NCBI GenBank assembly: GCA_013239625.1
Contig: MU056050.1
Location: 1,536,084-1,600,083 of the forward strand
Source: Lama guanicoe
Lineage: Eukaryota
Length of the DNA stretch: 64,000 bases
Reading direction: 5' to 3'
How positions within the stretch are numbered: the stretch's first letter is position 1; every line of letters starts with the position of its first letter. Both the position numbers and the translations under genes were made by a program. Shown here one piece after another: positions 39,540 through 53,054 of this stretch. Below the pieces are notes generated by a model. It was given only the letters and a program-made list of their open reading frames with translations. It searched no databases and was not told where the DNA came from.

Positions 39540-40585
39540 AAGCTAACCAGGTATTTTAGGTATGTCTTGGGGTTGCAGGACAAGCATTGGAATCCAGGGC
39601 TCACCAAAGAGGAAGAGCCATAGAAAACACTGCAGGCTTTCAAATGGGACCCTAATAAACTACATCTCAGGTATTAAAGGTAATCTACAACAAAGGCTAA
39701 TGCTCACACAGACTAGAATCTAACTTCAAATCATCTCCATCCCTGATTGGATTAAGGTGATCTACCCTCAAATGCCTGTGAGAAATAAGAATAAATCATT
39801 TCTTGTGGAAGATAATATCAAATAGAACCCTGAAGTATCTTCACAAACTATTACATATAATATCAGATTATCTATCAAAAACAGCAAGGTCTAAAAATGA
39901 CAATAAATGACCAAATTAAAAAAAAAAACCTCAATAGAAACAGACTGATAAGATTATCCAGATATAATACTGAAGTTATCAGGGACAGGCTTTAAAATAT
40001 GTCTCCACACACTATGGCCTGTAGAACAAATCCAGCCTGCTGCCTGATTTTGTAAATAAATTTTATTGGAAAATAACCATGCTTATTAGTTTACATAGAG
40101 TTCTTAGTCATTTTCATGCTAAAATGGCACAGTTACATAACTGCAACAGGGACTACACATCTATCAAAATTGAAAATATTCAGTATATGGCTCTTTACAA
40201 TAAAAGTTTGCCAACCACTTCTTTAAATTAAGTTTGATTAATATATGCAAGAAATTAAATAAAAAGATTTAAATTACTGGCAGAGAACTACAAACGTGAA
40301 AAATACTAGAATAGGAAATTTAAAACTACAAAAAGTACAAAACTATATTAAATTACAGATTCAACACAGCTGAAAAGACAATTAGATTAATTTGAAGACA
40401 GCACATAAGAAAATATACAGACTGAAACATGGAGAACAAAAATGTGGAAAACAGAAAAGAGTCTAAAACACATATGAAAAAAAGTGAAAAACATTCACAC
40501 ATATAACTGGTATCACATAAAGATTAAAGAGAGATGAAGCACAAACAGTATGTGAAGAAATAATGGCTGAAAATTTCTCAAACTG
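39540..40585 (+). mobile_element. Ancient L1 5' / ORF1 fragment split by MER58
   Basis: caatagaaacagac...ccagata and tgaagaaataatggctgaaaatttctcaaac. Confidence 0.65.
39997..40219. mobile_element. MER58A-like hAT-Charlie element
   Basis: actatggcctgtag..caaatccagcctgctgcctgattttgtaaataaa...aaaagtttgccaacc. Flanks gctttaaa / tctttaaa. Confidence 0.85.
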
Positions 40586-40649
40586 TTAGTAGTTGGTATC
40601 CATCAGTGAGAGCAGACCTTGTGGGATTTGGTAGGTTGTGTTTTCACTG

Positions 40650-41350
40650 TTTCCTTCTATAATTTGTAAATTTAGTTTGTTTACTTCTTTAACACAAAAC
40701 TTATTTAGAAATTAGAATGTACATTTTTTTTAAATCCCTAGTGTGTAGATTGGTTTTGGTTCTCCATTTCTAATTTTATTGCATCATGATCCATAAATGT
40801 GTCCTGTGTGATTTCTACTTTGAGGCAAAAAAAGTTGCAAAGTATTTTGTGACAAAATTACACGGAAAAATTTTGTCAATGTATCAAGCACTTAAAAAGA
40901 AAATTTGTTTTTCTGTTGAGCATACTGTTTACATATATTTTAAAAGAAGCTTGTTAGTCATAATATTTAAATAACTCTCTATCCTGGCTTAGAATTCAAA
41001 AATGGATTTGTCAGTTTATTATTTCATTTCTATCATTTCTCACTTTCTGTACTTTAAAGGTTTGTTAAAAGATTACAGAAATCATGACTATTATACAGAC
41101 CTGGTATATGACTTATCAATATAAAGTAGATCTCCTTCCTCCTTAAATATATTTAAAATTCTAGTTTGCTTCATAGTAACATGGTGACACCTGATTCCCT
41201 TGTTACTATTTTCTTGATATGTGTGTTCTTATTTCTGAATTGTCTGTCATTTTCACCTTTTGGGATTTAGTTATCATCATTTAGCTTCATCACAGAGGTA
41301 TAGTTTATTTTTTGAAGTTTAGTCTGAGTCCCAGTCTTCTAAAGGGCAAT
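40650..41350 (-). mobile_element. Ancient L1 ORF2 N-terminal fragment
   Basis: atttctaattttattgcatcatgatc and atggatttgtcagttt. Confidence 0.5.
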
Positions 41351-41519
41351 TATTGATACAGATGATTGACAAATAGATGGAAGAATAGATATGGAGATAG
41401 ATTCAAATAAACATCTATTTTTATTATTTACTGATTTGTTTTCTTTTTTCCTTCTCCCTTATTTTGTTACACTGATTGTGATTTCACTATTCTTTTTCTT
41501 TTCTAAATGTATAAATAAA

Positions 41520-44500
41520 TGTATAAAGGGAAAAGTTAAAATGAGTTCTTCAAACAGAAAAACCATAATCCTAGATGGAAGTGTTGAGAAACAAGAAGTA
41601 ATAAAGAGCAAAGAAAAGAGTAAATATGTGGGTAAATATAAATCGATATTGATTGTATGATATATATTATATTATATATGGCCTCCATGTTATATATGCA
41701 GCATATATCATATAAAATATATATAATATATGGCATATATATGTATTAAAATGCACCAAATAGCAAAAGAGGAAGAGGAAAACTGATTTATAGTGTTCTA
41801 AGATCCTTTCATTGTCCAGAAAATGGTAAACATACTAATTTACATTACACTTAAGAAAGTTAAGGATGCATCCTGTAGTCTCCTGGATACTACTAAAAGA
41901 ATAGGAAAAAAATGTATAACCTGCAATCAAATAAAGGGGTAGAATGAAACAATAAAATGATTAATTCAAAACAATTATTTTTATCATAAGAAAACCAACA
42001 ATAAAAAGGTAAATAACCCCAAAATACTGGTATTACATTAAATATAAATGAATTAAATATTCCAATTAAAAGACAAATATTATCAGAATATATTAAAGTG
42101 CTGAGCACAAACCATGGCACCTTATCAATCCGTCAATGAAGATCATTTTATGTCCTTCTTGGTTGTAGTACTGCCTGTGTTTAAATATGCTTCACTTCCA
42201 TATTTTGGATGAAATATCAGACTTTTGACAGAAGATCTGGCTTACTGCACGGGGTCAGATGATATAATTTCAAACTGCACCTTTCCATACAAAATCCTTG
42301 AACAATGGGAATTGGGAGGGTCTGAGCAGATAAATTATTCTCTTTCTCCCTCCCTACACAATAATTTAAACTGCACTTTCTCCTTGAAACACTTCTATAA
42401 ATGTCCTGCAAAAGTGAATAAGCTTGTTGAACAATTTTCTGTGCCTCTTGATAGTTTGTTTAGAAGTGATGGCCAACAATATAACACATTAACTAGCATT
42501 GTTTTACATTTTTCCTTGTCTTGGTTTCCCATTTTTCCTTAAAATCACTGTCCTAGGTTAAACCTAAAATTGGTAAACATAAATGACAGAGACAAATTCC
42601 TGGGAAAACACCATTTAAAGAAACCAATACAAGAAAAATAGATGTTCTGAATAGACATATACCTAAAATAAAGAAATTGGATCCAGATTTTAAAACTTTC
42701 TTATGAAAACAATTCTAGGCTCACAGAATTTCACCAGTGAGTTCTATTAGACATTTAAGGATAAAAGTAAAACCAGTATTATACACACTCTTAGAAGAGA
42801 AAAAGAGGAATTACTACCCACTTCATTTTAGGAGGACAGTTTAACTTTGCTACTAGAATATGAAAAATATATCACAAGAAAATAAAATTACAAGACTACC
42901 TTTCTTGTGTGCACAAGTGCCAAAATATAAAATATTAGCAAATTGAATCTAGTGATATATAAAAGGTGTAATATATTTGAAAATTTGGATCTATTACAGA
43001 AACATAAGGTTGGTTTAACATCCAAAATTAATCCATCATTTCCCACATAAACAGAATGAATAAAAATGTATCTTAAAAATATATTAAAAAGTAATTGATA
43101 AAATCCAGTGTCTATTAATGTCCATTAGCAAAATGAAATGGTAGGGCACTACCTTAATCTGATAAAGGATATTTACAGAAACTTACACCAAACATCACAC
43201 TTAATTGTGAAATATTCAAAGTTCTCCCCCTTGAGATCAGTAATGAAGCAAGAAAATCAAAATATAAACACTTCCATTTATAATTATGCTAAATGATTAT
43301 GAATCAATAAAAAAAGGTAAAAAAAAAATTATGCTAAAGTTCTTAGCCAGTGCAGTAAGGCAGTGAAAAACAAAAGCTCTACAGACTGACATGGGAAGAA
43401 ATAAAACTAGCACTATTTGCTGAAAACTGGAGTACAAACATAGATAATCCAAAGAAATCTACAGATAAGTATTGGATTTAAAAGGCGAATTTGGTGAGGT
43501 CTTTAAGATGCAATTATCAATACACAAAAAATCTATTGTGCTTCTATATAGCAGCAACAAGTCATTGGAGAATAACAATTTTAAAACAGTACCATTTATG
43601 ATAATATCAATGCTCCAAATAACTAAGAGTAAGTCCAATAAAAATTCAGAAAGACCTCTGCACAGAAAACCTTAAAACATTATTAAGAGAAAAAATTTAA
43701 AACAACCATAAGTAGAGGGACAAATTATATTCATGGATTTGAAGACTCAATATTGTGAAGATGTTAATTCTCCAAAAATTCACATATAGCTTCAATGTTT
43801 TCCTTATAAAAACTCCAGTAAGATTCTTGTGGAATTTGACACTCTCATTCTAAATAATTTACAGCAATGCAAAGGACAAAAACAGAGACGAAAACCATAA
43901 AGAAGAATAAAGATGGTGGAAACACGTTACCAAATATTAAGGCTTATTGTCAACTTAGTTTAAGTTAGACACTGTAGTGTTAGCACCAGGATATGAAATA
44001 GACACATAGAACAGAAGAGAAATCCAGAAATAATCCCTCATATATAAGGGCCTTTGCTTAATGACAAAGGTGGCATAACAGACCATGGGGAAATGACGGT
44101 CTTTGGAACAAATGATGCCAGATCAATTGGATAGCCATGTGGAAAAAATGAAATGACTCTTACCTCATATTATATGCAAAAGTCAATCTCAAGTTGATTG
44201 AGCATCCAAAATTTTAAAGTAAAATAACTGCATTTCTAGATGTTGTTATAGGAGAATATCTTCACGATTTGGGGATTAGGAAAGGTCTCATAAAGAGGAC
44301 ACAGTTATTTTTAAAATAAGTGAAAACTTGATTAATTGGACTACATTAAAATTGCGGACTTAATCAAAATGCACCATAAAGAAAGGGAAAAGTCAAATCT
44401 CACAATGGGAGAAGATAGTTGCAATAATGTAATCAACAAAGAGCTCGTATCTATAATATTAGAAGAATTCCTACAAATCTTTATGAAAAAAGATGCAAAA

Positions 44501-45295
44501 GTCAATAGAAAAATGAGCAGAAGATCTCTGCAAAATATGATGCACAAGTGAAAAGGAGATTAATTTGTAATCAAGGAAATTCAAAACCATAATGATATAA
44601 TATTAGGCTTACAGAAGAATGGCTAAAATGGAAACATCTGACAATATGAAGTATTAGTAATATTAGTAATGTGGAGCAACCCAAACTCTGCTATACTGCT
44701 CGTGGGAATGCAAACTGATACATCGACTTCGGGAAACTCTTCAGCAACATCTCCTAAAACTGAACATATACTTATCTGATAGCCCTGTAATTATATCCCT
44801 AAATATGTATAAAATTGAATTGTGTATATATGTGCACAAATAGATATGTACAAGAACATCCAGAGAAGCATTCTGCATGATAGCTCCAAAGTACAAGCAA
44901 CCCAAATGTCAACAGCAGAATGGATACATTTTGGCCCATTTATTACACAGTAGAACACTACATCAATGAAAATTAAGTAAGTTCAGCTACATAAAATAAA
45001 ATAGAATCTCACAAACATAATATTAAGTGAAACAGGGCAAACACCAAAGATACGTTATTTATTTAAAGAAAATTCAAAAACAGACAAAACCCATCTATAA
45101 TTTTAGAAGTTAAAATGGCATTTATCTTTGGAGAGATGGCAAGGAATAGTGACTGGCAGTGGGTAAAAAGACAGCTCTTGAGCTGTTGCTAACGTTCTGT
45201 TACATGAATGCAAAATTTCATCAAGCAGACACTTGGGATGTGTGCACTTTTCTCTATGCATGTTAACTATGATTTAAAAAGCAATTAATTCTCAA
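41520..45295 (+). mobile_element. Old L1 (L1ME-like): spacer, ORF2 and 3' UTR, interrupted at about 42100-42570
   Basis: ORF2 start near 42035. RT-region remnants (ttcaccagtgagttcta, actatttgctga). 3' UTR to about 45290. Confidence 0.8.
42100..42570. mobile_element. Possible MaLR (MLT1-like) LTR relic
   Basis: Non-L1 block inside the L1 with weak MLT-like motifs. Confidence 0.3.
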
Positions 45296-45539
45296 GAAAA
45301 GAGGTTTTAACTGGCCTAAATTTACCCCTATGTAAACCCTGATCCAGTCAACTGAGGTTACTATGTTGGATTCACATAGCACGCACCTCATTCATCAGAG
45401 GCTATGGGATGACACACTTTGACAAGGGGATGTAGGTGGGGCTATGAATGAAGGGAAACAAGTCAGGAAAATGGCGTGAGTCTCATAGGAACCCCAAGAA
45501 GGGCCAGCTACAAATAAGCATCAAAATCGTGAAAAATAG

Positions 45540-46360
45540 ATTGAGAAGGAATTATAATATTATCAGGAGAAACTGGGGGGAAAAGTTCATTTGAAAATAA
45601 AAGTGGATAGTGTTTCAAAAACAGGAAAGTACTGAATAGAGTAAAAAGCTGCCACAAGCTCAAATAAGATAAAAACTAAAAGGAATTAAGTCAATTACTG
45701 GTCGCTGGTGACGTTTGTGATGAAACTTTTAGTGGTGTCAGAGAGGCATAATCCTGATTTTAAGCAAAAGTCTGATTGCAGTAGGATGAAGAATAAATAA
45801 GAGCCCGTGGGAATCTCAGGAAGGCTATGAGACTTCTTGCCAGAAAGATGCATACAAATGCATATACATAAGATAATTTCCACCATTTCAAGGGATCCAT
45901 GTTACCTCTTGAAACCCATTTATCAGTCCCAGTTTAAGAAAGTGTAGTGCATATTTTTATGAAGAGGAGGTGCAACAGCAGTAACTATTGCAGGCAAAAT
46001 GTTGGGAAAGGCTGGAGGTTTTAATGTGTTTTGTCTTAATAGGAGACGTTGAACATAGTTATAAATTTTGGGAAGAGTGCAAATAGAAAGGAAGAGGTTG
46101 TAAACACATGAGGCAGAGAAAATAACTGAAGCATCAAGGTTACTATTATGGAGAAGACAGGAAGGGATGGAAACATGGCTAAAGGCAGAGGCAATAAACA
46201 GAAAGATCACCTCTTCTTCTGAGATTGGAGGGAATGGTTTGATGGCAGGTACAGCTATAAATTCATTTATAGGATGTGGGGGCAAGAAATTGTGTCACTT
46301 CATTGCCATTTGACTCAATTTTCTTTATGAAGAAAGAAAAGGCATCATCTACAGAATGGT
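45540..46360 (-). mobile_element. L2 relics
   Basis: gagtaaaaagctgccacaagctcaaataagataaaaact and ttttagtggtgtcagagaggcataatcctgatt. Confidence 0.55.
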
Positions 46361-46683
46361 GGGCAAGAAGATAATAATCTTATGAATGATTTATATGTCA
46401 ATATTGTGATTTTAAAAACAAGTACTTATTCATGCACATGTAAGATAATGCATGGGCAGAACTTAGCACTTAATAAATACAGGTCATTCTAATTATACAT
46501 TTTACTATAAACTTTTGCTCCCTTGCTTATTGTTTTTCTCTCCAGTGCTCCTTCCTCTTCTTACTCTCCTTTAATCCTTGAATCCCTTTGCTGTAAACCC
46601 TCCAAGAGACTTCTGTAAGCAGTGCCTTAGATGTCCACCCTTCCTTGATTGTGTTCAGGGTTGAAAGATATCCTGTACTAGAC

Positions 46684-46730
46684 TTATTTGAGGCTATTTG
46701 GATAGTATGCATCCAAATAACCTCAAATAA
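46684..46730. repeat. Inverted repeat, 20-bp arms and 7-nt loop
   Basis: ttatttgaggctatttggat-agtatgc-atccaaataacctcaaataa, 19 of 20 positions complementary. Confidence 0.92.
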
Positions 46731-47944
46731 TGCCAAAAATAAGCCACATGATTTCAAAGCGAGTTATTCTATCTAGTGAGAGTGTCATCCTAAGACTCTG
46801 AATTGGTACATCATAGTACAAAGAAAAATATTCAAATTGTGAGTGCCTGGTGCCCTGGATTTTAAGTTCTAACTTACTATTAATGCTATGGGTACTTGTA
46901 CAAGTCACTTCATCAATTCAAGTTGGTTTCATCAGTAGCAATATGTATTTGAGAGATTGGAGGGATTTAGAATGTATCAGGATAGTCTATAAAATTGGAC
47001 ACCAAAATCAGAGACATATATAATCTACACATGGAGAACTGAGTAAAATATATTTAATCGTTCCTCTTTGATTCATCCTCCGAATAACTAAGAATTGAGT
47101 TAACTGGGTTCTAATTTGAGCTCTACCATTAATTATCTGTGGGTTCTTGAGAAATCAAAAGCTCTTTGGGTCATAATTTTATCATGTGAATATTATAAAA
47201 ATTGGAAGGAAAGAGCACAAACAAGTTAAAGAATCACCACCTCAGAAGACAAGTAATAAACTGAATCAGCTCGTTGCCCATGACTTTAACATACTGATAC
47301 TATGAAGTTCTCAAGAGACTGATGGCAACTTAAAAATTTGGCATTGTTAATTTTATACCTGGAATTGTTAATGGAACTGGATGTTTATATGAACCTGAGC
47401 ATGTTCAGTGGATTGTATTTCCAGTGACACACTACTAAGGGAGTGAAAATCTAGTCAGAAGCCTGTTTGACAAAGTGTGGTTAGTTGGATGATTTGAATA
47501 TATGGTGGCATTGAAGTAAGACAATCTGATGTGCTCTGTCCACAAAAGGCAAATGTCTGCTGTTAATACCCTTTATTCACTCTTGCTTTGTCCTAGGAAG
47601 CAAAGTTTCTATAAGGTGACTTTTCATCTGTATTCTGGTCCATTATGTGTTTCTTTCATAGCATGTCTCTCAGGGGGCAACCTGATTTCCAAATTCTTGG
47701 AAAGGATCACACTGTTTTTACCCTTTCTTATAGGAATATTAAAACCTGTCCTCACAGAACTGATGGAGTTCTCAAGTGAGATAATGTATTTTGCAGCACT
47801 TAATCTTGTTCAAGACTATTGTTATAATAATGTTATATATTTTGTTATTTGGTGCTGAAGGAAAAGAAACAAAATAGGAGACAGTATTCTTTTCCTAAAG
47901 AGGTTAATATTTTGGAAAATGATAGATTTGTACATGTAAATTAA

Positions 47945-48170
47945 CAATAATAATAATTACTAATACTATTTACTGAGATCTCAGCACTTTCCAGACACTG
48001 TGCTAAGCACATTACATTTCATCTTCACACAACTCTCTGAGAAAGGTAGTCTTATTATTCTTATTTTACAGGTGAGAGAAAATAATCCTAAATGGTTTAA
48101 GTAATTTTCACAAGGTCACACCAAGTAAGTAACAGAGGAAGGATTTTAACCTAAATAGTCTCATTCTAGG
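47945..48170 (-). mobile_element. MIR
   Basis: tttactgag...ccagacactgtgctaagcac...attttacaggtgagagaa...caaggtcacac. Confidence 0.88.
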
Positions 48171-48824
48171 AAAGAAGCACGTGTTTGGGGGTGATCAGAG
48201 AAAACCTCCGTTTAAGATAGAATAATGGTGTTAAATTATTGGCCTGTTAACTATTGGAAGGAAGAAAATGACAACCCTAGATTTTACCCTGCGAGGTTGT
48301 AAATTGACATTTGTTTTTTTTTAAACATGAAAAGAGAAAGCCATTTCTAACTCAAAAATATTTTTAAAAAGAAGTTCCCAACTTTAGTTTCAGTCCAGAT
48401 TCTACTTTGTTTGCTCTGTGACAGTTATGCTATTTTTACCTTTCAAACTTACAAAGTTTCAGTTACTGATTACAAGTAACAAAAGACTCGTTGATGGCTT
48501 CAGACAAGTGCCCAACATGTGTCCTAAATGTTTGCACTTAATGAATTTGGAAACTGTCATCTCTGCCTTCGTATGACTAAAATATGTCTTACATTATGAT
48601 AATGTTACTTGTTACAACTAAATAGTGTTTAAATAATTGTAATTTCTTTCTTCTGATAAAACTTCAGAGGAGCCATTGCCAAGAGGACTTTTTTAACAGG
48701 TGAATGATATGAAGGAAATGTATTAGATCCTTTCTTCCTTGGGCCACCTTAGAACGATAACCATAAACTTTGCAACCAAGAAGATAGAAATTGTGACAGA
48801 TTTATTTCTGTCTCAGTCTTTATT

Positions 48825-48935
48825 CAGCTGTAAACTCTTTCTAGGGCAGAGTCATGTCAGTTATATTTCTCTGCTTCCTGTAACACCTAATGTATCACTG
48901 GGTACATAGTAAGGATTCAACAAATATTTATTGCA
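48825..48935 (+). mobile_element. L2 3' end
   Basis: ctgtaaactctttctagggcagag...acatagtaaggattcaacaaatatttattg. Confidence 0.7.
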
Positions 48936-50401
48936 TATTAGAATGGAGATAAAATAGGGGAGTTTTTATAATAGCTTTAACTGTCTCCTCATTTACAAAG
49001 AGAAAAATTAAGTTCTTTGTCATTGTCCATTTCTGGTACATTTTATATACTTAAAAATAGGCTGAGTTACAATCAAGATAGCTCTAGGAAGTCCATACTT
49101 TGAACATTTTCCCTCTAGTTGAACCCAGAGCAATGAGAATTAGAACATAAAAAGAGAAAAATTCAACTGTAGTTTATCTCAAAAACAAGACAAATCTTTC
49201 TGTGGACAATAAATGGAATAGAAATGCAAATTATTATCAGATTGAAGGTACAAGACTTCTGGGCTTTGGATTCAAAAGCACAGGGGACTGCTGGTTGGCA
49301 CCTATGAATTGCATAGAATAAGTGTCAGCATAAATTAGGATGGAAATGGGCTAACTGCTTGAAACTTAGGGCCATGTTGGGGCTGTTCTGCTTGTTAACA
49401 CAAGTGAAAAATACTCCTATAGACTGATGCCTAGGACTTTAATTTATTAAATGTTGAGTGCTTAGGGATAGGGAAGACACAGGTATAACTTTCTGACAAC
49501 CCTTTATGATCTTCCCAGTATCACAGAGCAAGAGCCCTGTACTACCAATACATGATCTGGTTCTACTCTGGAGTCCATAAAAGCCTATAAAAGCAAATAG
49601 AAATTTTCTGAATAAAGAGGGAGGAGATAGGGGTGTGTGTACAGGAAGAGAGAGAGAGAGAATTATGAAAGAGAGACTGCAATTCAAAATTTTAAAAGTC
49701 ATGGAGATGATTAAATGATGCCTCCCTACACACAAAAAGAAATATTAATTCATTGTTGAATAAATAAAACTAAAAGAACAATCTGAAAGAATTTTCAAAA
49801 TAAATATACTCAGGATGTTCAAAGAAATAAATGAAAGAATGTTACCTTTAAATAAAAACTTCATTCATTTTCATCCTTTGTTTAAAAAAATGCATTAAAA
49901 GTTATAAATATACCTCTAAGTGTCTATCTGAAACCCACAAGTTTTGGTAGGTAGTAGTTTCAATGTCATTTGTTTGTCAATACTCTGTCATTTCCCAGTA
50001 TTTTACTCTTTAAACTATGGGTGATAGAGGAATACAATTTTGAGTTTCCAAACATACAGCATTTTAAACTATTTTTGTAGTTAATTTCTACTGTCATATT
50101 TTTTTCAGAGAAGGTGGTTTTCATATTAATTTTGGAACTGTCAGGAATTATTTTCAATCTAATAAGTCATCAGTCTTAACAAATGTTCCCTGTGTGCTCA
50201 AAAACAATTCATAGTCTGTCTTTGTTGGGTGAATGATTCTATAAATATGCATTAATTCAAGTCTGCTAATTTTATTGTTCAAATATCCTATGTCCTTATT
50301 AGTATTTGTCTCCTTGATCAATAAGCTTTAGGGCAAAAATGTATTAAAACATCCTACTTTAATTATGGGTTTATCAATTTCTCCTGAGAGTTCTGTCTAC
50401 C

Positions 50402-51505
50402 TTTTTTTTTTTTTGGTAATTAGGTAAAATTCCGTAACATAAAACTAATCATTTTAAAGTACACAATTTAGCAGCATTTAGTACATCCAAATGTTATACA
50501 ACTATCAGAACTGTCTGGTTCAAAAACATTTTCATCATCCAGAAGGAAACCCTGTACTTACTAAGCAATCACTCTCCTCCCCCAAGTCCCTGGCAAATGC
50601 TAGTCTGTTTTCTGAATCAGTTAATTTACATATTCTGGACATTTAATATAAATGGAATCATACAATATGTGGCCTTTTGTGCCTGGTTTCTTTCACTTAG
50701 CCTAAAGTTTTGGAGGTTAATTCACATTGTAATATGTATCAGTACTTCAATCACTTTTATGACTGAAAAATTGACCTATGTATGCATACACCACATTTAA
50801 TTTTTCCATTCATCCACTAATGGACATTTGGGTTGTTTTTACCTTTTGGATACTGTGAATAATAATGCTATGTACATTCATGTACAGGCTTTTGTTTGAA
50901 TACCTGTTTTCAAAATTCTTTTTTGTACACGTCTGAGAATGGAATTCTTGGGTCAGATGGTATCTCTATGTTTAAGTGCTAAATGTAACTGTCAAACTAA
51001 TTTCCACACTGGCTAAATCATTTTACATTCCCGTCAGCAATGCGTAAGAGTTTCATTTTCTTCACATCTTCAATACTTGTTATCTTCCATTTTTCAGTTG
51101 TAGTCACTCTAGTGGTGTAAAGTGGAATCTCACTATAGTTTTGATTTGCATTTCTCTAATGTCTCATGATGTTAAGCAACTTTCCATGTGCTTATTGGAC
51201 ATTTCTATATCTTTCTTTGAGGAATGTCTATTCCAGTCCTTTGCCCATTCTGAAATTGGGGTTGTTTTCCTTTTTGTTCTTGAATTACTAAGAGTTTCTG
51301 CTGTATCCTGGATACTAGGCCCTTATCTGATATATGAGTTGCAAATATTTTCTCCCATTCTATATGTTGTTTTTTCACCTTCTTGATAATATCCTTTGAT
51401 GCACAAACATTTTTAATTTTGTTGCAGTTCAAATTACCTACTTTTTTCTTTCATTGCTTGTGCTTTGGTGTTGCATCTAAAAATCCACTGCCAAATCTAA
51501 AGTTG
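50402..51505 (-). mobile_element. L1MB-like 3' fragment
   Basis: Poly-T head. The reverse strand encodes EWEKIFATHISDKGLVSRI. Confidence 0.9.
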
Positions 51506-52228
51506 TAAACATATATAAGGTTGATTGTTCCTTTTAATACAAATAGTGTCTCTTCTATTAATGCTTATTCCTTGCATTCTACTTTTTGTGATGTGCATGT
51601 TGCTTCATAAGCTTTATTTTAGTTACATTTACTAACTATATTTTTATCTGTGAATTAATATTCCCCCTTTATAAGAGATTTTGTTTCAGTATGTCATTTT
51701 TAGTGTATCAAGCTGAATGTCTGAAAATGTCTTTATTTTGCCTTCATGCTTGCATGTTAGTTTAGCTGAGTATGGAATTAATTTATGTTTTCCATTAGCT
51801 TTTTAAGGCTTCACTTAATAGTCTTCCTTCAGTCTTACTGTAATACTTCTAGGTACCAGTTCATCTTTAATTATGATGCTTAGTACTTGAAGGACACTCA
51901 TATTTTTCTTCATTCCTGGGAAAACTTTCACTATTATCTTTTTAATTACTGCTTTCCACTTTATTTTTCTTCCTGAACTTTTCTTAGACATATGTTGAGA
52001 TCTCTCAATCTAGCCCACAAGTCTATTTTCATGTTTTTTCTCTTTGCCTTTTTGAACAGCATTTTGAGTGAATTCTTCAGTATTCACTTCCAAGTCACTG
52101 TGTCACAGTTCATCCCATCTAATTAGATTTCACAACTGTACCAGACTACCAGTTTTAACCACCAAATTAGATTTGTTTTACTTCAATGATTGTATTCTTA
52201 ATTATCAAGATTTATATTTTTCTGGTTT

Positions 52229-52286
52229 GTACCTGAAACTAGCATGGTAATTCAACTACACTTCAATAAAAAATAAAATTAAAAAA
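52229..52286 (+). mobile_element. About 60-bp young L1 3' tail
   Basis: gtacctgaaactagcatggtaattcaactacacttcaataaaaaataaaa resembles 1570-1620. Confidence 0.65.
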
Positions 52287-53054
52287 GATTCTTCATTACT
52301 ACCTATTTTAGTTTCATTTATTTATTGTTAATTCTTTTTTTCTTTCAACTCATATGGCTATATGTATCTCTTTGAGCAAGCAAACAATACATTCTATTAT
52401 CTTATTCTGAATATTTAATAAAATTGATTTCATTAAATTATTTTGTGTGATTTGTGATTTCTTTTTATACACTCATTTTGAATGAGAGGTTATTTATGTC
52501 TTTTCCCTTTCCATATCTCTCTCTCTCGGTACACATCTCACGCGTACACATGCCGACCAGACCTTCAATGCAGAAACATTACTATAATCTTTTTTTTAAA
52601 AATTCCTAGTCTTGTAGTGATATTGAAGATATTTCAAATTCCATAAATATATCATTGGAGAGCTTGGTTCACTTCCTGGGTCTTTATCCACTCCCTATTT
52701 CCACAGCTTCTTATAAAGTAGTATCCCCGGGTAGAATGTCAACAATAGACTTCTTAGCATCTCTTCCAGTGTAAGGGGCCCCACTTCAGCTTTTGGCTAC
52801 AGGCAGTATCCATTTATCATCTGTAGAACTTAATTTTTTTTTATTATCCTGCAGGAGCCCAGCTCTCTTAGGTCTGTGGATTCTGCCTCACTCTTTACTT
52901 TGTGTTTCTATTCTATTTCTGGTCATGAGGATATTTGTTTTACGATCAAGCACAACTATGTTTTTCATTTCAGTTTTTGCATTTTATCTTTGCTGTTTGA
53001 GGAAGAAAGGCTATGTCACAGAATAAACTTGTGGAGCCTCTTTAACCAGATGTT

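Larger units (their letters stand above)
49880..52480 (-). mobile_element. Ancient L1 (EN region and ORF1), antisense, host of nested inserts
   Basis: acaagttttggtaggtagtagtttc, ttatgggtttatcaatttctcct, ttcttcattcctgggaaaact. Confidence 0.6.

Noticed and set aside
46527..46757. 76-aa minus ORF with FEVIW and YLSTLN snippets reminiscent of RT sequence
   Set aside because: Motif spacing does not fit, part of it derives from the palindrome, and the acceptor lacks a pyrimidine tract.
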